A stretch of DNA of 64,000 nt from Ginglymostoma cirratum. Its lineage: Eukaryota. Under the pieces are notes generated by a model that was given only the letters and a program-made list of their open reading frames with translations, was not told where the DNA came from and made no database searches. Positions 24,401 through 38,844 of the stretch are shown in pieces. The DNA is taken from positions 38,041,739 through 38,105,738 of the forward strand of contig JAHRHZ010000283.1 in NCBI GenBank assembly GCA_024137785.1, read 5' to 3'. A program made the position numbers and the translations under genes. Position 1 is the first letter of the stretch; every line of letters starts with the position of its first letter.

Positions 24401-26999
24401 TTCTGGTTGTAAGGATTCACCATCCCAGACCTTTCGGCCGTCACATCATTCTGGACATTGTCAGTGTTATGTCATTTTCTGCTAAAGATCGTCCTCCTGC
24501 AGATGTGCCGTGCCTTAGCAGCCAGCGCCAACCACCCCCCCCCCACCCCGCATCACATATCCCCATAAAATGATATCCAAGTGACTTGTCTCACCGAATG
24601 CCCTCGTTTACCCATCAAACCAAAGGGGGGAATGCTCCGATTTCTAACACAACCCAAATCATCTGGAGACGTTAGAACCTAGGACAAAACAGCTCACTTT
24701 CTAGAGAACTGTTGTTCATTCCCATACAGGATAGCGTTTTGCTGAACTCACTTAGAAAAGCAAATCCCTCGGATGATCAGGTTTTGGAAGTGTACAGCAC
24801 ACGCCCGGAAACTGACAAAACCTGCTTCTCATTACAAGCATTCACTCACTCAATCTGCGAGCTTCTATTAAAACCTATCCGTGGATGCAAATCGATGTAA
24901 TATACTTTGGCGGCGGATTACAAGCTTCTAATGGTGTATGGTAAAATATTTTCTCTCTAAACACCCAGAAAGTGGGAGCGGTTAAGAACTGGATTTAAAA
25001 CCCTCTGCTTGGTTATCAGCTTACTGCAATTTAAATCCAATGTCCTTAATCGAGTCTTGGTTTTACTTGTTGTTTGTATCCAAGAATGTCGGGTTTCCTA
25101 AATAAACAATAAAAAGTGGAAAAAGCAATTTGTTTCTTTTTTTTATCTAGAAACGTTTTTCGATACAAACTGTTAAAGCAGAAGTTTCACCCATTGTCAA
25201 TAACCATCACACGGAGTGCCTACTATCAGACAATTCTCTTCGTACTGTTTGTAGTGTTCTATACACAAACAGGGAGGGATCATCTGACTATTGTTTTAGC
25301 CATCTCACTTTGAATAAAACATCATACAGTCTCATTAATTCCTTTTGAAAGACACACAGCAATGTTATTGTATTTGAAATTTCATTCAGCGTAAAATCAT
25401 TGTTTAAATCTAACATTGGTACTGATCAGTACCGTTTGGTAAGGCCGTATTAAATAAGTTTTAATTTAAATCTTGAATTTATTGCATATCAGCTTGAATA
25501 TTCTGGGCTCCAGTATTTCTTTCCGTTCAACGTATAATTTTCCTCATACGATCTCCGTTTTTTTTTATTGCGATACCATACAGTACTTAACAAATGGAGA
25601 CACTTGTTCAATACTAGAGCAAATGGATATTTAGCATATAAAACAGATTTAATAACCATACTAATTGCTGTTGGACTGACGGATCGTGTCCGGCTTTCGA
25701 AGAAAAAAATGATTAAATAACTCCTTGCATTCAGTACAAGGTACTCATTACGCAGTTTGAAGTAATTTAAGTAAACATCAGCTACGTTCCCTTAAATCAA
25801 GTTGAGAAAGAAGGCTTGTGATCTCTAGTGGGTGATATGTAGCCTTTGTGCATTTGTAGGATTGGATGTTTCAGAGCAGTAAGTCTGGGAGGATTGGGAG
25901 GTTTGTTTCTACAGCATATTCCGCAGAGACACTTCATTAACCCAATTAGGCAGGTGGATGGAGAGGGGCTCCGATCATTTACACCTTGCTAATGAAGTGT
26001 GCGACTCTTAATCTCCTTCAAACAAGATACAATCATGAAATGCTGCTCCATAGAAGAGAAATTAATTAGGTGGAACTATAGGATTAGAGCACAGGCGCTC
26101 CCCAAAACCCAACGTAACCTGCCTTGTTGCTTTTTGCATTAATTCCTTCGGCGATATTTGCAACAAGACTCGTATCCCTGAGCACAGGTTAATTATGATT
26201 TGAATTTTAAGAAAAGCTATCTGCATAGACGGAGACATGCAGGTATAGCTATCATATGTCTCCGATATGCACGCGAATCTTTCCCAATTAATTGTCCTAA
26301 TTGCATACTTTATTCACATTATAATCCGACAGCAGATTCTAAAATTATGTGGGATTTTTATTATTCTAACTATTACAATTTTTAAAATTTTTAGATGCTA
26401 CTGCACCCTGCATTTGTGTCCATGCTAAATAATAACATATCACCTGAAGAATCGCACTTCCAGATCAAGGAGTAAAATATTTATTTTGGAACACTCATGA
26501 AGGAGTTAATAAAAATTACAAGCTTTCTATAGTCCTGTCAGTTTACCTGAAGAATTACGGATTTCACAATTTCACCGGATGATATACAGGCAAGATGTAG
26601 CTGCAGTAACAAATTAGTAGCTATGTCTTTCATTTCATAAATAAGGAAATAGTTTACTTTCGAGGAAATAGACAGACTCTTGCCAGACGTTAAGTAATCA
26701 AAAAATGCCTTTTCATCCACATTTCAAACGTAAGCAAAACATAAGTTTTCCTTACAATGATTACCAGTTTAATTATCAAACTATTATAAATAATGTACAA
26801 ATTAGCTTTCTATTGATTGTTGCTGAGTTAGTCAAAGTAATTGACAGTTTGTACTGCTTTTAAGTTGTTCAATTCTTCGATGAATGGTACGGCCTGTGAT
26901 AAAGGCTTTGATACTCACTTCAAAGGTTCTGCTTAGACCTCAGGCTCCCAGCCGTGCACGTGGTAGGTTCTAGACTTGTAGAGTGACAGGAATAATGAA

Positions 27000-27850
27000 A
27001 CGAGGTGACATGGGAGGATGAACTGCTTGTTGGAGGAGGAGGAGGAAGAGTGGGACTCTACCAGGAAGCAATACTCAGGCAGAGTCTTCAGAGACCAATC
27101 CCCCCAATAACAATCTAAACCAGAAGCAATGCATTATGTAACTCCATTCCAATAAGGAAATACTCACTGAACTCTATCATCTGCTGCCTGTCAGCTGGGT
27201 GAGAATGGCATTGCCAGGCATAGTTAAAGTAACCACTGCCATGAGCTTCGAGCATTGGTCACCTCCCAGGCTGAAGCAGGGGACATCTTTAACATCTTGT
27301 ACTTCACCTACTGCTGCTCTGTAAGAAGACTGACTACATAAAAAAGGAGAATATATTTCCTTCTGTCTTCCTAGAGGGAAGCAGGAGAAGTGTACAGGTG
27401 GCTTTGTCACAATAACAGGCTTTCCTATGGTGCAGGCTGTCATTGGCTGCACATATGATTTTTTTTCCAAGTGCTGGATTTAAATTCAGGCATGAACTGC
27501 AGCTGTAAACTGCTCCACTCTGTCAATGTACAGTGAGCATCATGCAGTTCACCGTCCAGCATGCAAGCAGCAATCATGATGCCTTTATTCTGTGTCATCT
27601 GGCGTACCATTAGTATCTGAGTCAACAGAAAAGACCAGATGGTGGTTATTAGGTATCAAGTGCTTTCCCCCGCCTCTATGGCTCATGTCTCCAGCGTAAA
27701 ACACACACGCAGAGAGTATTCATATAATATGAGCCATGAAGTGTCTTTCAGCAAACCTTTGGGTTGTTTACACAATGCTTGCTGCCTCAAGTAGTATCCA
27801 CAGCATGTTATGACTCATCATGATTTGTTGCACTCTGAATAGTCATCATG
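27000..27850 (+). mobile_element. Decayed PIF/Harbinger DNA transposon (transposase remnant)
   Basis: Broken frames give GFVTITGFPMVQAVIGCT (cf. AGFPxVxGAIDCTH), SSNHDAFIL (cf. PGSxHDAFIL), WLLG...LWLMSP (cf. WLLGDxGYPLxxWLMTP) and QQTFGLF (cf. ExTIGLLK). Confidence 0.7.
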
Positions 27851-28069
27851 AGGGCATGACAGTTTCCAGATATGGAACTCAGCTGAGAAAGAAGAAGGGA
27901 GAAAGCAATCAATGTATTGTCTTTCTGATTGGGCAGTCCATGATTCCTTCAGCTTATCATGGTACTACTAAACACAACTGAACTTTCCTATTCAACAACA
28001 GTCCCACATTTTACCATTCCTCCAGTATGGGGGAATCATCATATTGTCTTTTTAGCCACAATGCTGAAA

Positions 28070-31000
28070 CATAGTAACACTGAAACATGGAAGATAGGAA
28101 CAGAACAGGCCACCCAACCCCTCAAGACTTCTCCGCCATTTAATATGACCAAGGCTGATCATCAAGCTCAATACCTAATCCCACCCTTCCATCGTAGACC
28201 TTGATCCCTTTAGTGATAAGAGCAATATCTACCCGCTTCTTGCATACAATATTCTGGCTTCAACCACTTTCTGTGGTAGTGAATTCCTCAGGCCTTCCAC
28301 TTCCTGGGTGGAGAAATTTCTCCTCATCTCAGTCCTGAAAGGTTTACCCTTCCTCCTTAAACTATGGCCCCTGGTTTTGGACTCCCTCACCATTGGGAAC
28401 ATCCTTCCTGCACCTGTTTGCTTTCTTTCAGCAAATGATTCATGATGACACCCAGGTCTCATTGAACATTTCTCTCTCTCTCAATTTACAAGAATTCAAA
28501 TAACAATCTGCCTTCCTGATTTTGCTACCAAAGCAGATAAGCTCACATTTATCCACATTATACTACATTTGTAATGTATTTGAAAATTTGCTCACCCTGT
28601 ACAAATCACAGTGCAACATCTCTGCATTCTGCTCACAGCTTGCCCTTCCACCTAGATTTGTGTCATCTGCAAATTTTGAAATAGTACATTTAGTTTCCTC
28701 ATCTAAATCATTTAGAAATATTGTAAATAGCTGGGGTCCTAGTACCGATCCCTGTGGTACCTCACTAGTCACTGCCTTCCGAAAGCAGAAAAAAGACCCA
28801 TTTACTCCTACTCTTTGTTTCCTATCTGCTAAACAATTTTCTATCCATCTCAACATAATACCCATAATCCCCTGCACTTTAATTTTACATACTAATCTCA
28901 TGTGTGTGATTTTGTCAAAAGCCTTTTGAAAGTCTAATAAACTGCCATTCACTGGCTCCCCTGATCACCTCTACTAGTTACATCTGCAAAACTTCCAACA
29001 GATTTATCAAGCATGATTCCCTTCTGTAAACTCAGTGACTGTGTTTGATTTTATCACTTTTTTCTCAGTGCTGTGCTATAAAATCCTGATAATGCATTCC
29101 AATGTCTTCGCCACTATTGACATCAGACTCACTGGTGTATAAGTTCCTCTCTACCTCCCTTTTCAATTAGTGAGGTTACCTTAGCTACCATTCAGTCGGA
29201 ACAGTTCCAGAGTCTGAACAATTTTGGAAGATGACCACCAATGCACCCATTATTTCTAGGGCCACATCTTTTAATACTCTGGGATGTAGATTATTAGGTT
29301 CTGGGGATATATTAGCCTTCAATCTCATCAATTTCTCTAACACCATTTCACTACTAATGTAGATTGCTTCCATTTCTCCCTTTCAACAAACCCTGTGATC
29401 CCAATCGATTCTGATATATTATTCATGTCATCCTTTCCGAAGACAGAAGCAAAGTACAAATTTAGTTCATCAGATATTTCTTTGTTCCAATAATAAATTC
29501 CACATTTCTGACTGTAAGGGACCTAGATTAGTTTTCACCAATCTTTTCTCTTTGCCAGCCAATAGAAAATTTTACAGTCAGTTCTTATGTTTCTTGTAAA
29601 CTAACTCTCCTACTCTATTTACTCCTTCTTCATCAATCCCTTGATCCTCCTTTGCTGACTTCTAAACGGTTCCCAATTCTCAGGGCTGATGATTTTTCTT
29701 GCCAATGTATATGCCTCTGTTCTGTGTCTAACACTGTCTCTAACATCCCTCATAAGTCATCATTTGCTTATTTTTGCACTCTTGCACCAGACTGGAACAA
29801 TATTTGTAGATCACCCATTCATTCTTTGAATGCTTGCCATTGCCTATTCATTGTCATTCCTTTCAGGAACGTTTCCCACCCCATCATAGCCAACTCATGC
29901 CTCACTACATTGTAGTTTCTCTTTTTAAAATTGAGGAGCATAGTCTTAGAATAAACTACATCATCTCCACCTTGATGAGTAACCCTATTGTATTATGATC
30001 ATTCATTCCCAAGGGGCCTCTCACAATTACATTACCAAAAATTTATTTCTCAATGCATAATACCCAGTCTAAGATGGCCTGTTCTCTAGTTCATCCCTCA
30101 CTGTATTAGTACAGAAAACCATACTGTATACACTGTAGGAGTTCCTCCTACAGTGTTGTGATTAATTTGATTTGCTGAATAAAGTCTAAAGTCTAAAGTC
30201 ACCCATAATTGCGGATGTTCCTTTACCATATGCATCTCTGATTTTCTGTTTACTATCATTCCCAACATCACTAGTACAGTTTGGCAGTCTATATATCACC
30301 TACAATAATTTTTTTTCCCCTTGATATTTCTCAATTCAACTCATACAGATTCTACATGGTCTGAGCTAATATCTTTCCTCAGTGTTGTGTTTATAATCTC
30401 TTTAACCAAGAGTGCAACACCACCACCTTTTCCCTTTTGTCTATCTTTCCAAAATATTCAATACTCCTGGGCGTTCAGTTCCCATTCTTGGTCACTTCAC
30501 AGCCATGTCTCTGCAATATCAATGAAATCATACCCATTTACATCTATTTGTGTGATTACTTCATCTGCATTATTTCAAATGTTCTGTGCATTCAAGCACA
30601 AAGTCTTAAGGTTTGTCTTTTTAAAGTTCCTTGTCCCATTCCCATTTTTTCTTATTCTCCTTTCTGTCATTTCCTCTTGTCCTTGAACCCCTTTCCTCTG
30701 ACTCCTTGTATAGGTTTCCAGCCTCCTGTTAATTTAGTCTAACCAATCCCCAGCCACTCTAGCAAATACTCCACCTGGGGCATCAGTTCTGCTCCTGGCC
30801 AGGTGTAACCAATCCAATTTGTACTGCTCTCACCTCTTCCAGAACTAATCCGAATGCTCTAGGAATCTGAATCCCTCCTCCTCACACACATTTTTAGCCA
30901 CATGTTCACCCAATATATCTTACTATTACTACTCTGACTAGCACTTGGCACTTGTAGTAATCCTAAAATCACTATCTTTGAGCTCCTACTTCTCAGCTTG

Positions 31001-31200
31001 CTCCCTAAATCCCTACATTCTGTCTTCAAGACTTCCTTTTTTAAGCTATGACATTGGCAACAATATGTAACATGACCATCAGCTATTCACCCATCCTCTT
31101 CAGGATGTCCTGTAGTCACTTTGAGACATTCTTGATCCTTGTATCAGGAGATAACATACCATCCTATTGTCTCATTTGTAGCCACAAAAATGTCTATGTA
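28070..31200 (-). mobile_element. Degenerate CR1 LINE: ORF1 SGNH-esterase end, partial EN/RT and 3' tail
   Basis: Minus-strand ORFs contain LDFQKAFDK, VPQGSVLGPQLF and KFADDT (28563-28952) and HPRVLKDVA (29185-29373). ORF1-like sequence at about 30750-31000; tail at about 28070-28250. Confidence 0.92.
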
Positions 31201-32675
31201 TTTTTGATACAATTCAGTCCCCTATGACATATAAACATCACAAAACACCCAAGTTTTAACAATCTTTATCAGAGCAATCATTCAAAATTCCAAACCAAAG
31301 TCAATTGATCACTATTGCACATTCCCTTAGTGCAACTTCTGTATTCTTTTACTTTTTTTGGTGCTCCCGCATAGTGCCTGTAACATGACTGGTGTAAGGC
31401 TGCTGATTTTCAGCTGGGAAAGAATGTAGGATGCCTTTATGCAGCTTTAGACCTCGAGGTACTAGCTTTGGATTACACCAACTTGGCATTGGTGAACAGA
31501 GTCTTACCGATTAGCTGACAAAGTGATGATGGTGGAAAGTTGAAAGTTATTATTCTAAGAGAGGACATCAGGCCATGCTCTGTATCATGTTATGACCCTA
31601 GCTGAAGGTAACTTTGACAAGTCAGATCCCAGAATGTAACCTGGCTTGACAGTTTTTTTTTGCAATTGGTTACTATAGTGGTCAGTCACTGCACATGTCA
31701 TACATGGCTGCCAAGACTTTGTGAGATACAAAATTCTTGCACAAAAGAAAATGAAACAGACCTATATGTCTGTAAGTCAATTTGTAAAGATCTTGACAGA
31801 AACAGCAAAAACATAGATTCAACCTTTTTCACAGCAATATCCATTTGAGATACTGGATCCCAATCTTTATTTTCATTTTCCAGTTTTCCAATTTTCCCTC
31901 TTGGACAACTGAAATAGTTTTGAGATGACTTTGCAGTTCTGACAGCCAAAGCACTTCTATAAACTGTCACAACCAGGAGATTCTATAAACCTGACAAACA
32001 GCACTGCTGCCAGGATGGAACTAATTTTTTGAAATGAAAAGAACTATTCTACTAAACTTAAAGTTAACTACCACTGTCCCCAATCATTTGTTTTTAGCAT
32101 GTCACAGACAAAACGGTGCAAACGCTTTTTCAATACACGCCACAGATATCTGGCTGGGCATTTACTAAATCACATATTTTCATGGAAATTAACTATTTAG
32201 TGAAGATTTTCTAATTCTTTCCTGATCTGTTAAAAAAATAGTTACCTCCACAGAATTTAAATCAAAGTCCTTCTGCCTCTACTTTTAAAATCTATATATC
32301 CAATTTATAAAGGTATGTAACTTTACGTCTTTAGCACAACAACCACACTGTAGCACTGAGACAGTGTCTCTGTTTGCAATAAATTAGGGGTTGTGGCACT
32401 CGTCTTTCGATATTGCATTATGTTATTTGGAGAAATGCAATTGCGCTTAGGGTACAGGCTAACTTTACATAGTCATGTAACATTTACTTCTGCTTTTGGT
32501 TCCTTTACGTACGGTCTGTGACAGTCATTTAAAAAACATCACTTACAGTTTCAGAGTGGTGTAGCTGAAATTGTATGAGCTCTCAGAGCTGTAAGAGAGC
32601 CAACTGCTGAAAGCATCAGCAAGAATGAAGTAAAGAAAAAAACATTCTGTAACTTTGAATTACTGGATGCATCAA

Positions 32676-34200
32676 AATGGCTGGGCATTCTCCATTCCCC
32701 CCCAGATTGAAAATTAAAGGAGATATGAGCCAGAACTGTAATTTTTTTCCACTCTCACTGGCAAAATCAAGAACTGATTACATAATTAATTAAAAGAGCT
32801 GAGGGAACCAAGAGTAATAACCCTACAAACAGTGCTGGAAAAAGAATGCTACAATTTATATTACGATCTTGATCTCTTTGAGAAGAAAAGCCAGACTACA
32901 AAGATTTTGCAGGCTTGGAAGACATACATTGAACTCCATATTAACGTTACTCATAAACAGCATGTTTTCAATCTGTGAACCCAAGGGGAGAGCGAGACTG
33001 TTGATTCGTACATCACTGCCCTGATACATTTAGCTGATTCCTGAGAGCTTGGACAATTGAAAGATAGAGATAGGATAGTCTTAGGCATAAGAGATCTTGC
33101 CATTCCAGCATTCTCTCCACTGATAGAAGAAAAACATATTCTCAAGAAAGCTCTGGGGTAGTCAATCATCAGCTAGAGAATATTAATGGGAGAACAGATG
33201 ATTATATTATGCTAAGAGATGTTTCAGGCCAAACAGAGACAACAATTTAGAAAAAAAGAAATTTTCAGAGAAACCAGATTAAGGCTATGGGGTGGAAGGT
33301 AAATATTGTGAAGGACATCACACAAAAGAAAGGAAAGCTTGTCCAACATGTAGAAAGCAGTGTTCTTAACTGGAAGAAACTGAAACACTTTGGATGCAGA
33401 TGTTCAGCTGGAAAGAAGAAAAGCAAGTTTTTAAAGATAACTACTGGACAGAGGTCAGCCAATGATTCTGATGAATCACTTTACATCATACACTAGGTTG
33501 ATATTATCAGGTCTGCAAGTGATAGATGGTTTGTTGCTGTTAGAATGATCACTGCAGAAAGAGGGCATCAAGTGAATGCAACGTCAGATATGCTTTAGTA
33601 CTTCACGCAACATCGTCAGCTTCGCAGATCTGTGCAAAGTCACTCAAGATGACAAGTCAGAAATGAATCTCCCAAAGGTAAGGTTGAGGCTATACTATGG
33701 AACAATCCTCATGCCTGGACATTCAATAGAGCTGAAAGCCCAATGCAATGGTAGATATTAAGTGGAATCCATTGGTGTCAGCTGAAGCAAATCTAAAGCT
33801 GCGACCAGTAAACCCTAAATATACCAGAAGAAATTTGTCACATTTTGCAGGCCACTAAATCATTGATTAATTAACAAATCCTAGAAGATCCAGAGGTATT
33901 TTTATTGATCTTAGATATATTTCTAGTGAATATCATTCTGAAATAGATAAGACTGCAAGATCAATTCAGATCTGCTGAGGAGACTTCTAGTTGCCCTTAG
34001 GTCCAGCCTGAAAGACAAGAGAAAGAAGAGAGTAGTGGAGACAGTGACAACTCTTACAAACTTGATTAGCAACATATTACAGTGAATAAACTTGAAAGCG
34101 CAGAGTATGCATAGACCATAGAATCTCAATAAAGCTTTGAAGAAATCTCACTAACCCATGTCAACCATTGTCAACATTTTGCTACAGTCGCACTTAAGAT
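32676..34200 (+). mobile_element. Ancient Gypsy (Mag-like) LTR retrotransposon remnant: gag, protease and start of RT
   Basis: Gag-like QGESETVDSYITALIHLADS*ELGQLKD..RDRIVLGIRD (about 32980-33100), protease-like KVRLRLYYGTILMP (ORF 33576-33761), and RT N-terminus-like RVCID..NLNKALKKSH*PMSTI (about 34100-34180). No LTRs recognised. Confidence 0.7.
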
Positions 34201-34714
34201 CTTGCCATATAAGAAAGGCCTCTCTGAGGAGAGAACATTATCAGTTTGTGAGATTAAAGTTGTAGAAACTGCTCATAGTCTGAAATATAAATCTGCAGTT
34301 TAGTAACTAGGTGACCTGCTTCTCCTGTTTTATTATTAACTGACACTTGAATAAAAATGTCACAATCTAAAATTGTTATTGCCCATAACCTCCCTCAAAT
34401 TAGTGTGTAATATGGAGTGGCAAGGTTCCAATGATATTTATCAACAATGAACATCCAACCTAGGATAAAGATGTCAGCTTTAAATATAAATTGGACAACT
34501 AATTTGTGTTTAAAATTCCACCACTGGATTAAGTATATTCAAGATTTTTTTAAAAATTCAAATTCCAAAAGTACGTGACAGGTTTAATTATAAAGGTAAT
34601 CAATGGAAATCTCTGCACTTTGTTTCATGAGAAATATGATTGGTGGCAGTGTGTTTATCTACTGATGCACTAAGTTAAGTCATTGCACTAGTACTTTTAC
34701 TTCCTGTTATGCTT

Positions 34715-35085
34715 TAATGGGATGTCAGCATTGCTGACAAAGCCAGCATTTGTTGTCCATCCCTAAATGTCCTTGAACGGAATGACTTCTTGGGCCATTT
34801 TCAATGGCAGTTAAGAGTCAACCACATTGCTATGATCTGGAGTACAAGGTAGGGCAGACCAACAGAGCATGGCAAATCTTGTTCCCTGAAGAACATTAGT
34901 GAACAAAGTGGGCTCTACAAGAAGTCATGATAGTTTCATCATCAGCACTTCAAAGACAATTTTTTAATTCCAGATTTATTATGTGAAATTAAATTCATCC
35001 AGCTGCCACAGTTAAATTTGAACCCAATGCATAAGCCTGGGTCTTCTAGATTATTTTGCAGTGACATTTCCACCACACCACTGTT
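34715..35085 (-). mobile_element. Old tRNA-derived DeuSINE-type (SacSINE1-like) SINE
   Basis: The reverse complement aligns by eye with the + strand copy at 57508-57835 (ccagcatttgttgtccatccctaa, gcagttaagagtcaaccacattgct, atttgaaccca). Confidence 0.75.
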
Positions 35086-36954
35086 TTCGCGAGTGTCCTA
35101 TCTGGCTGGAGGGGAAATATTATTGGTGTGTCTATATCTCAGAATTAAATGGTGTAGCAGGATAATAACTAACTTGACAGACTAAACTCAATGTAATTTC
35201 CAGTGTGAAGGAGTCTGCCTGGCTTTGCTGGGGTTATAGTAGATACAATAACACTAGCTGGCACGAATGATTCTAGAAACATTAAATTATGAAATTGTCA
35301 CAACACTGTGTATTTAGAAGGGGCAACAATTTTTACAAACGGCGATGACTAAGTTGAAAAAAAAATTTGCTAAACTTGTTAAAACTGAACCTAAAATAAA
35401 CTTTGACGTTGTTCCCAAAAAGAGAACATCACTGCCATTGTGAATATGTTTTGGAACAAGAAAATTAAGATACAGAAATTGTAATCAAATATTCTTTGTG
35501 CATAATACATTTTCTGGCATTTAATAGCTTCCTGAACAAACAAGTGGTTAGTTAATTCGGCACCAGTCTGAATTCCTCTTTCTTTGACTTTGTTTTGACA
35601 TTTAAAGGATCTTTTAGGAAATGATGTGTTGCATGGAGTTTCTGATTTCTTAATCTCTGTCAGAGTCTTCCTTTACATGACAGGTTGACTGATCATTTTG
35701 ACATTCACGAATATCTAAACTGCATGCTAGTTATGAATTTGAAAAGCTTAATTTTATCAAATAGTGATTCAGTGGTAAATAAATTACATTTAGTTACCGT
35801 TTTTGTATGTGTGCAACTTTAATCTTTCTGCATTAAAATTCAATATCATCACTACGGTGTCCAAGAAAGATATGGACAATTGTATTGTTTAATTCCATGA
35901 ATGACACACTGTAGGGAGAAGTGTGCCTACAAGTCACTAGGTCTCCTGAATTAATACAAGCAAGGCCTATTGTTTGGTTTTCTCATTTATAAGATAAAAT
36001 TCATTGATGACCAAGTCGCTGCTGTGAAGTTACTATACAGCTGAGAGGGAATGAACCAAGATCTACATTTAATTCTTTATCCAAATGTTGCAGCATGTGA
36101 CTCAACAACTGATTTATATTTTTATAAAAAAACTTGCTTATCATCACTTCAATATGTCCATTAATATAAACAAAAAAGAAGCAAAGTAAATTGCAGACCA
36201 TATAAACTCCACACATCTCATCGGAAAAAAGTAAAGCCATCAGAACATTTATCTTATTCAACAAAAACATGGAAAGAAAACATTTTTAAAAAAAATTATT
36301 GAATTCTGCCACACACCAGAAAAAAACAATGCATCATTAACACACACAGTTCAGTCTTTGTTAAAACATTAAGAGCCTTGTAGCTCCAGCACAAATTGTA
36401 TTCAGTGCTATAAAACATTGAAGGAAAATGGGCTCAGTGCTGAACATTACAGATTCTAGTACTAATAAAATTTGGCAAGGAAGTTGCCTGCCATATGTGT
36501 AACTAGTTTCACAAGTTCTGAGATAAATTACATGGCATAATATCTCAGCGGGACAAAAGCTAATGTGTTACCCAACAGTGCAGATTATGGAGACTAATTA
36601 TTGATGTATTTTGTATGTATCAATCTATAAAGTAGTATTGTCTACGGCACAATGAAGATATTTACTGGATTTAACAAAATCAGAAGATAACCATATAATT
36701 AGAGGTGAGAAGGAGTCTACAGAAAGAATCCAGACTGATGTTTAAAGTCACCACAAGAAGAATTTATTTTCCTGAATAAGAGCTAACTTAATACAATAAT
36801 CCAACAATTAAGTTCATCTTTTCACTGATTAGGCAGAGAAGCAAAATATCATGACTTACTTTATGGAAATAAACATTTTATTTGATATTCAATCTAAATT
36901 GTTCCATGTACCGTAGGAATATATTTCCAAATGGAAGCATCATAAATGTAAATT

Positions 36955-38720
36955 TGAGTTTGAATATGAGTTTGAGTTTGATTTATTGTTGCCACATGTA
37001 CCGAGATACAGTGAAAAGTGCTGTTTTGTGTGCTATACAGGCAGATTGTACCATACAGAGTGCATCAGGATAGCAAAATAGAGTGTTACAGCCGTCATGT
37101 GCAGAGAGAGAGATCAAAATTAACATTTGAGAAGCCCATTCAAATGTATGATAACACTGGGTAGGAAGCTGTTCTTGCATCTGTTCGTATGGGTATTCAA
37201 ATTTTATATCTTCTGCCCGTAAAGGGTGGAAGAGAGTATAACTGGGAAGGGGTGGGAGGGGCGGCGCTGGTTTTGAATATATTGGTTGCTTTCCTGATGC
37301 ATTGGGAAGCATAGATGGAGTCAAAGGCTGGCAGTCTGGTTTGCTTGATGGACTAGGCTGTGTTCACAACCCTCCATAGTTTTTTGTGGTTTTGGGAAGA
37401 GCAGTTGCCGTACCATGTTTTGATGCATCTAGATGGGATGCTTTCTATGGTGCATCTATAAAAATTGCTAAGAGTCTTTGTGGACATGCCAGATTTCCTT
37501 AGCTTCCTGAGGAAGTACAAGACATTGATGTGCTTTCTTAACCATTGCGTCAATGTGGGTGGACCAGGGCAAATTGTCGGTGACCATCACGCCTAGGGAC
37601 TTGAAGCTGACAAATATCTCCACCTCAGCACCATTGATACAGTCAAAGCTGTGCCCTCCACTCAACTTCCTGATGTCAACGACCAGGTCCTTCATTTTGA
37701 TGACATTGATGGAAGATTGTTGCCCTTATACCATGCCATTGTGCACTCAATGTCTTCCCTGTATTATATCTTGTTTTTGTTTGATATCCAACCTACAACA
37801 GTGGTGTCATCAGCAAACTTGTAATGGAGTTGGAGTGGGATTTGAATATCGTCATGAATATATATGAGGTATAGTAGGGGCCTAAGTATGCAACCTCAGG
37901 ACACTGATGTTAAGGATAATGGTGGAGGGGTTGTTGTCACCTATTCTTACGGACTGCGGTCCATGGGTCAAGAAGTTGAGGATGCAGTTACAGTGCAGGG
38001 AGCCAAGACCTAGGTCTCAGAGATTAGAGATGAGTTTGTTTGGAATAATGGTGTTGAAGGTGAAGCTGTAGTCAATAATTAAAAGCCTGACATACGTGTC
38101 CTTGTTATCCAGATGTTCCAGGGATGAATGTAAGGAGATGGCATCTGCCATGGACCAGTTGCACCGGTAGGTGAATTGTGGTGGATCAAGGCAATTTGGT
38201 AGGCTGAAGTTGATGTGAGCCATGACTAACCTCTTGAAGCACTTCATAATTATGGAGATGAGAGCCACCGGCAGTAGCCTTTGAGGCACAGTGCATAATT
38301 TTTCTTTGGTACTGGGATGATGGTAGTCTTCTTGAAGCAGGTGGGGACTTCAGATCATAGTAAGGAGAGGTGAAAGATGTCTGTGAATACTTCTGCCAGC
38401 TCGTCCACACAGGATCTGAATGCATGGCCAGGGACTCCATCCTGGTCAGTCGCTTTTTGTGGGTTCGCTCTAAAGAAGGCCAAACAAATGTCTGCGGCAG
38501 TGACTGCGGGTACAAGTGCATCTGAGGCTGTTGGGAGAGGTGACATTTTTTTCACTGATCTTCTGTTCAAAGTGAGTGTAGAATGTATTGACCCCGTCGG
38601 GTATGTACTGTTGCCTGCAATTCTGTTCGGCTTCGCTTTGTAGCCCGGGTATGTCGTGTAAGCCTTGCCACAAATGACGTGTGTCCATGTCGTTAGTCTG
38701 GGTACAATGGATGATTGAAA
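36955..38720 (-). mobile_element. 5'-truncated Rex1/Babar-clade LINE
   Basis: Minus-strand ORFs give [20 protein letters not shown]...LDPPQFTYR...[28 protein letters not shown]...INGAEVE and LYFLRKLRKSGMSTKTLSNFYRCTIESI. The 3' end has AATAAA plus short (tcaaac)-like repeats at about 36955-36986. Confidence 0.88.
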
Positions 38721-38844
38721 TAGTAATTTATGCATCACTCACACAAACACACTTACTATTGCCTGTGTGAATACCATCCAGAATGAAGTGATCCATTTGA
38801 TTGGCTTCTAATCCACCACCCAAACCACTCATATAAAAGTAAAA

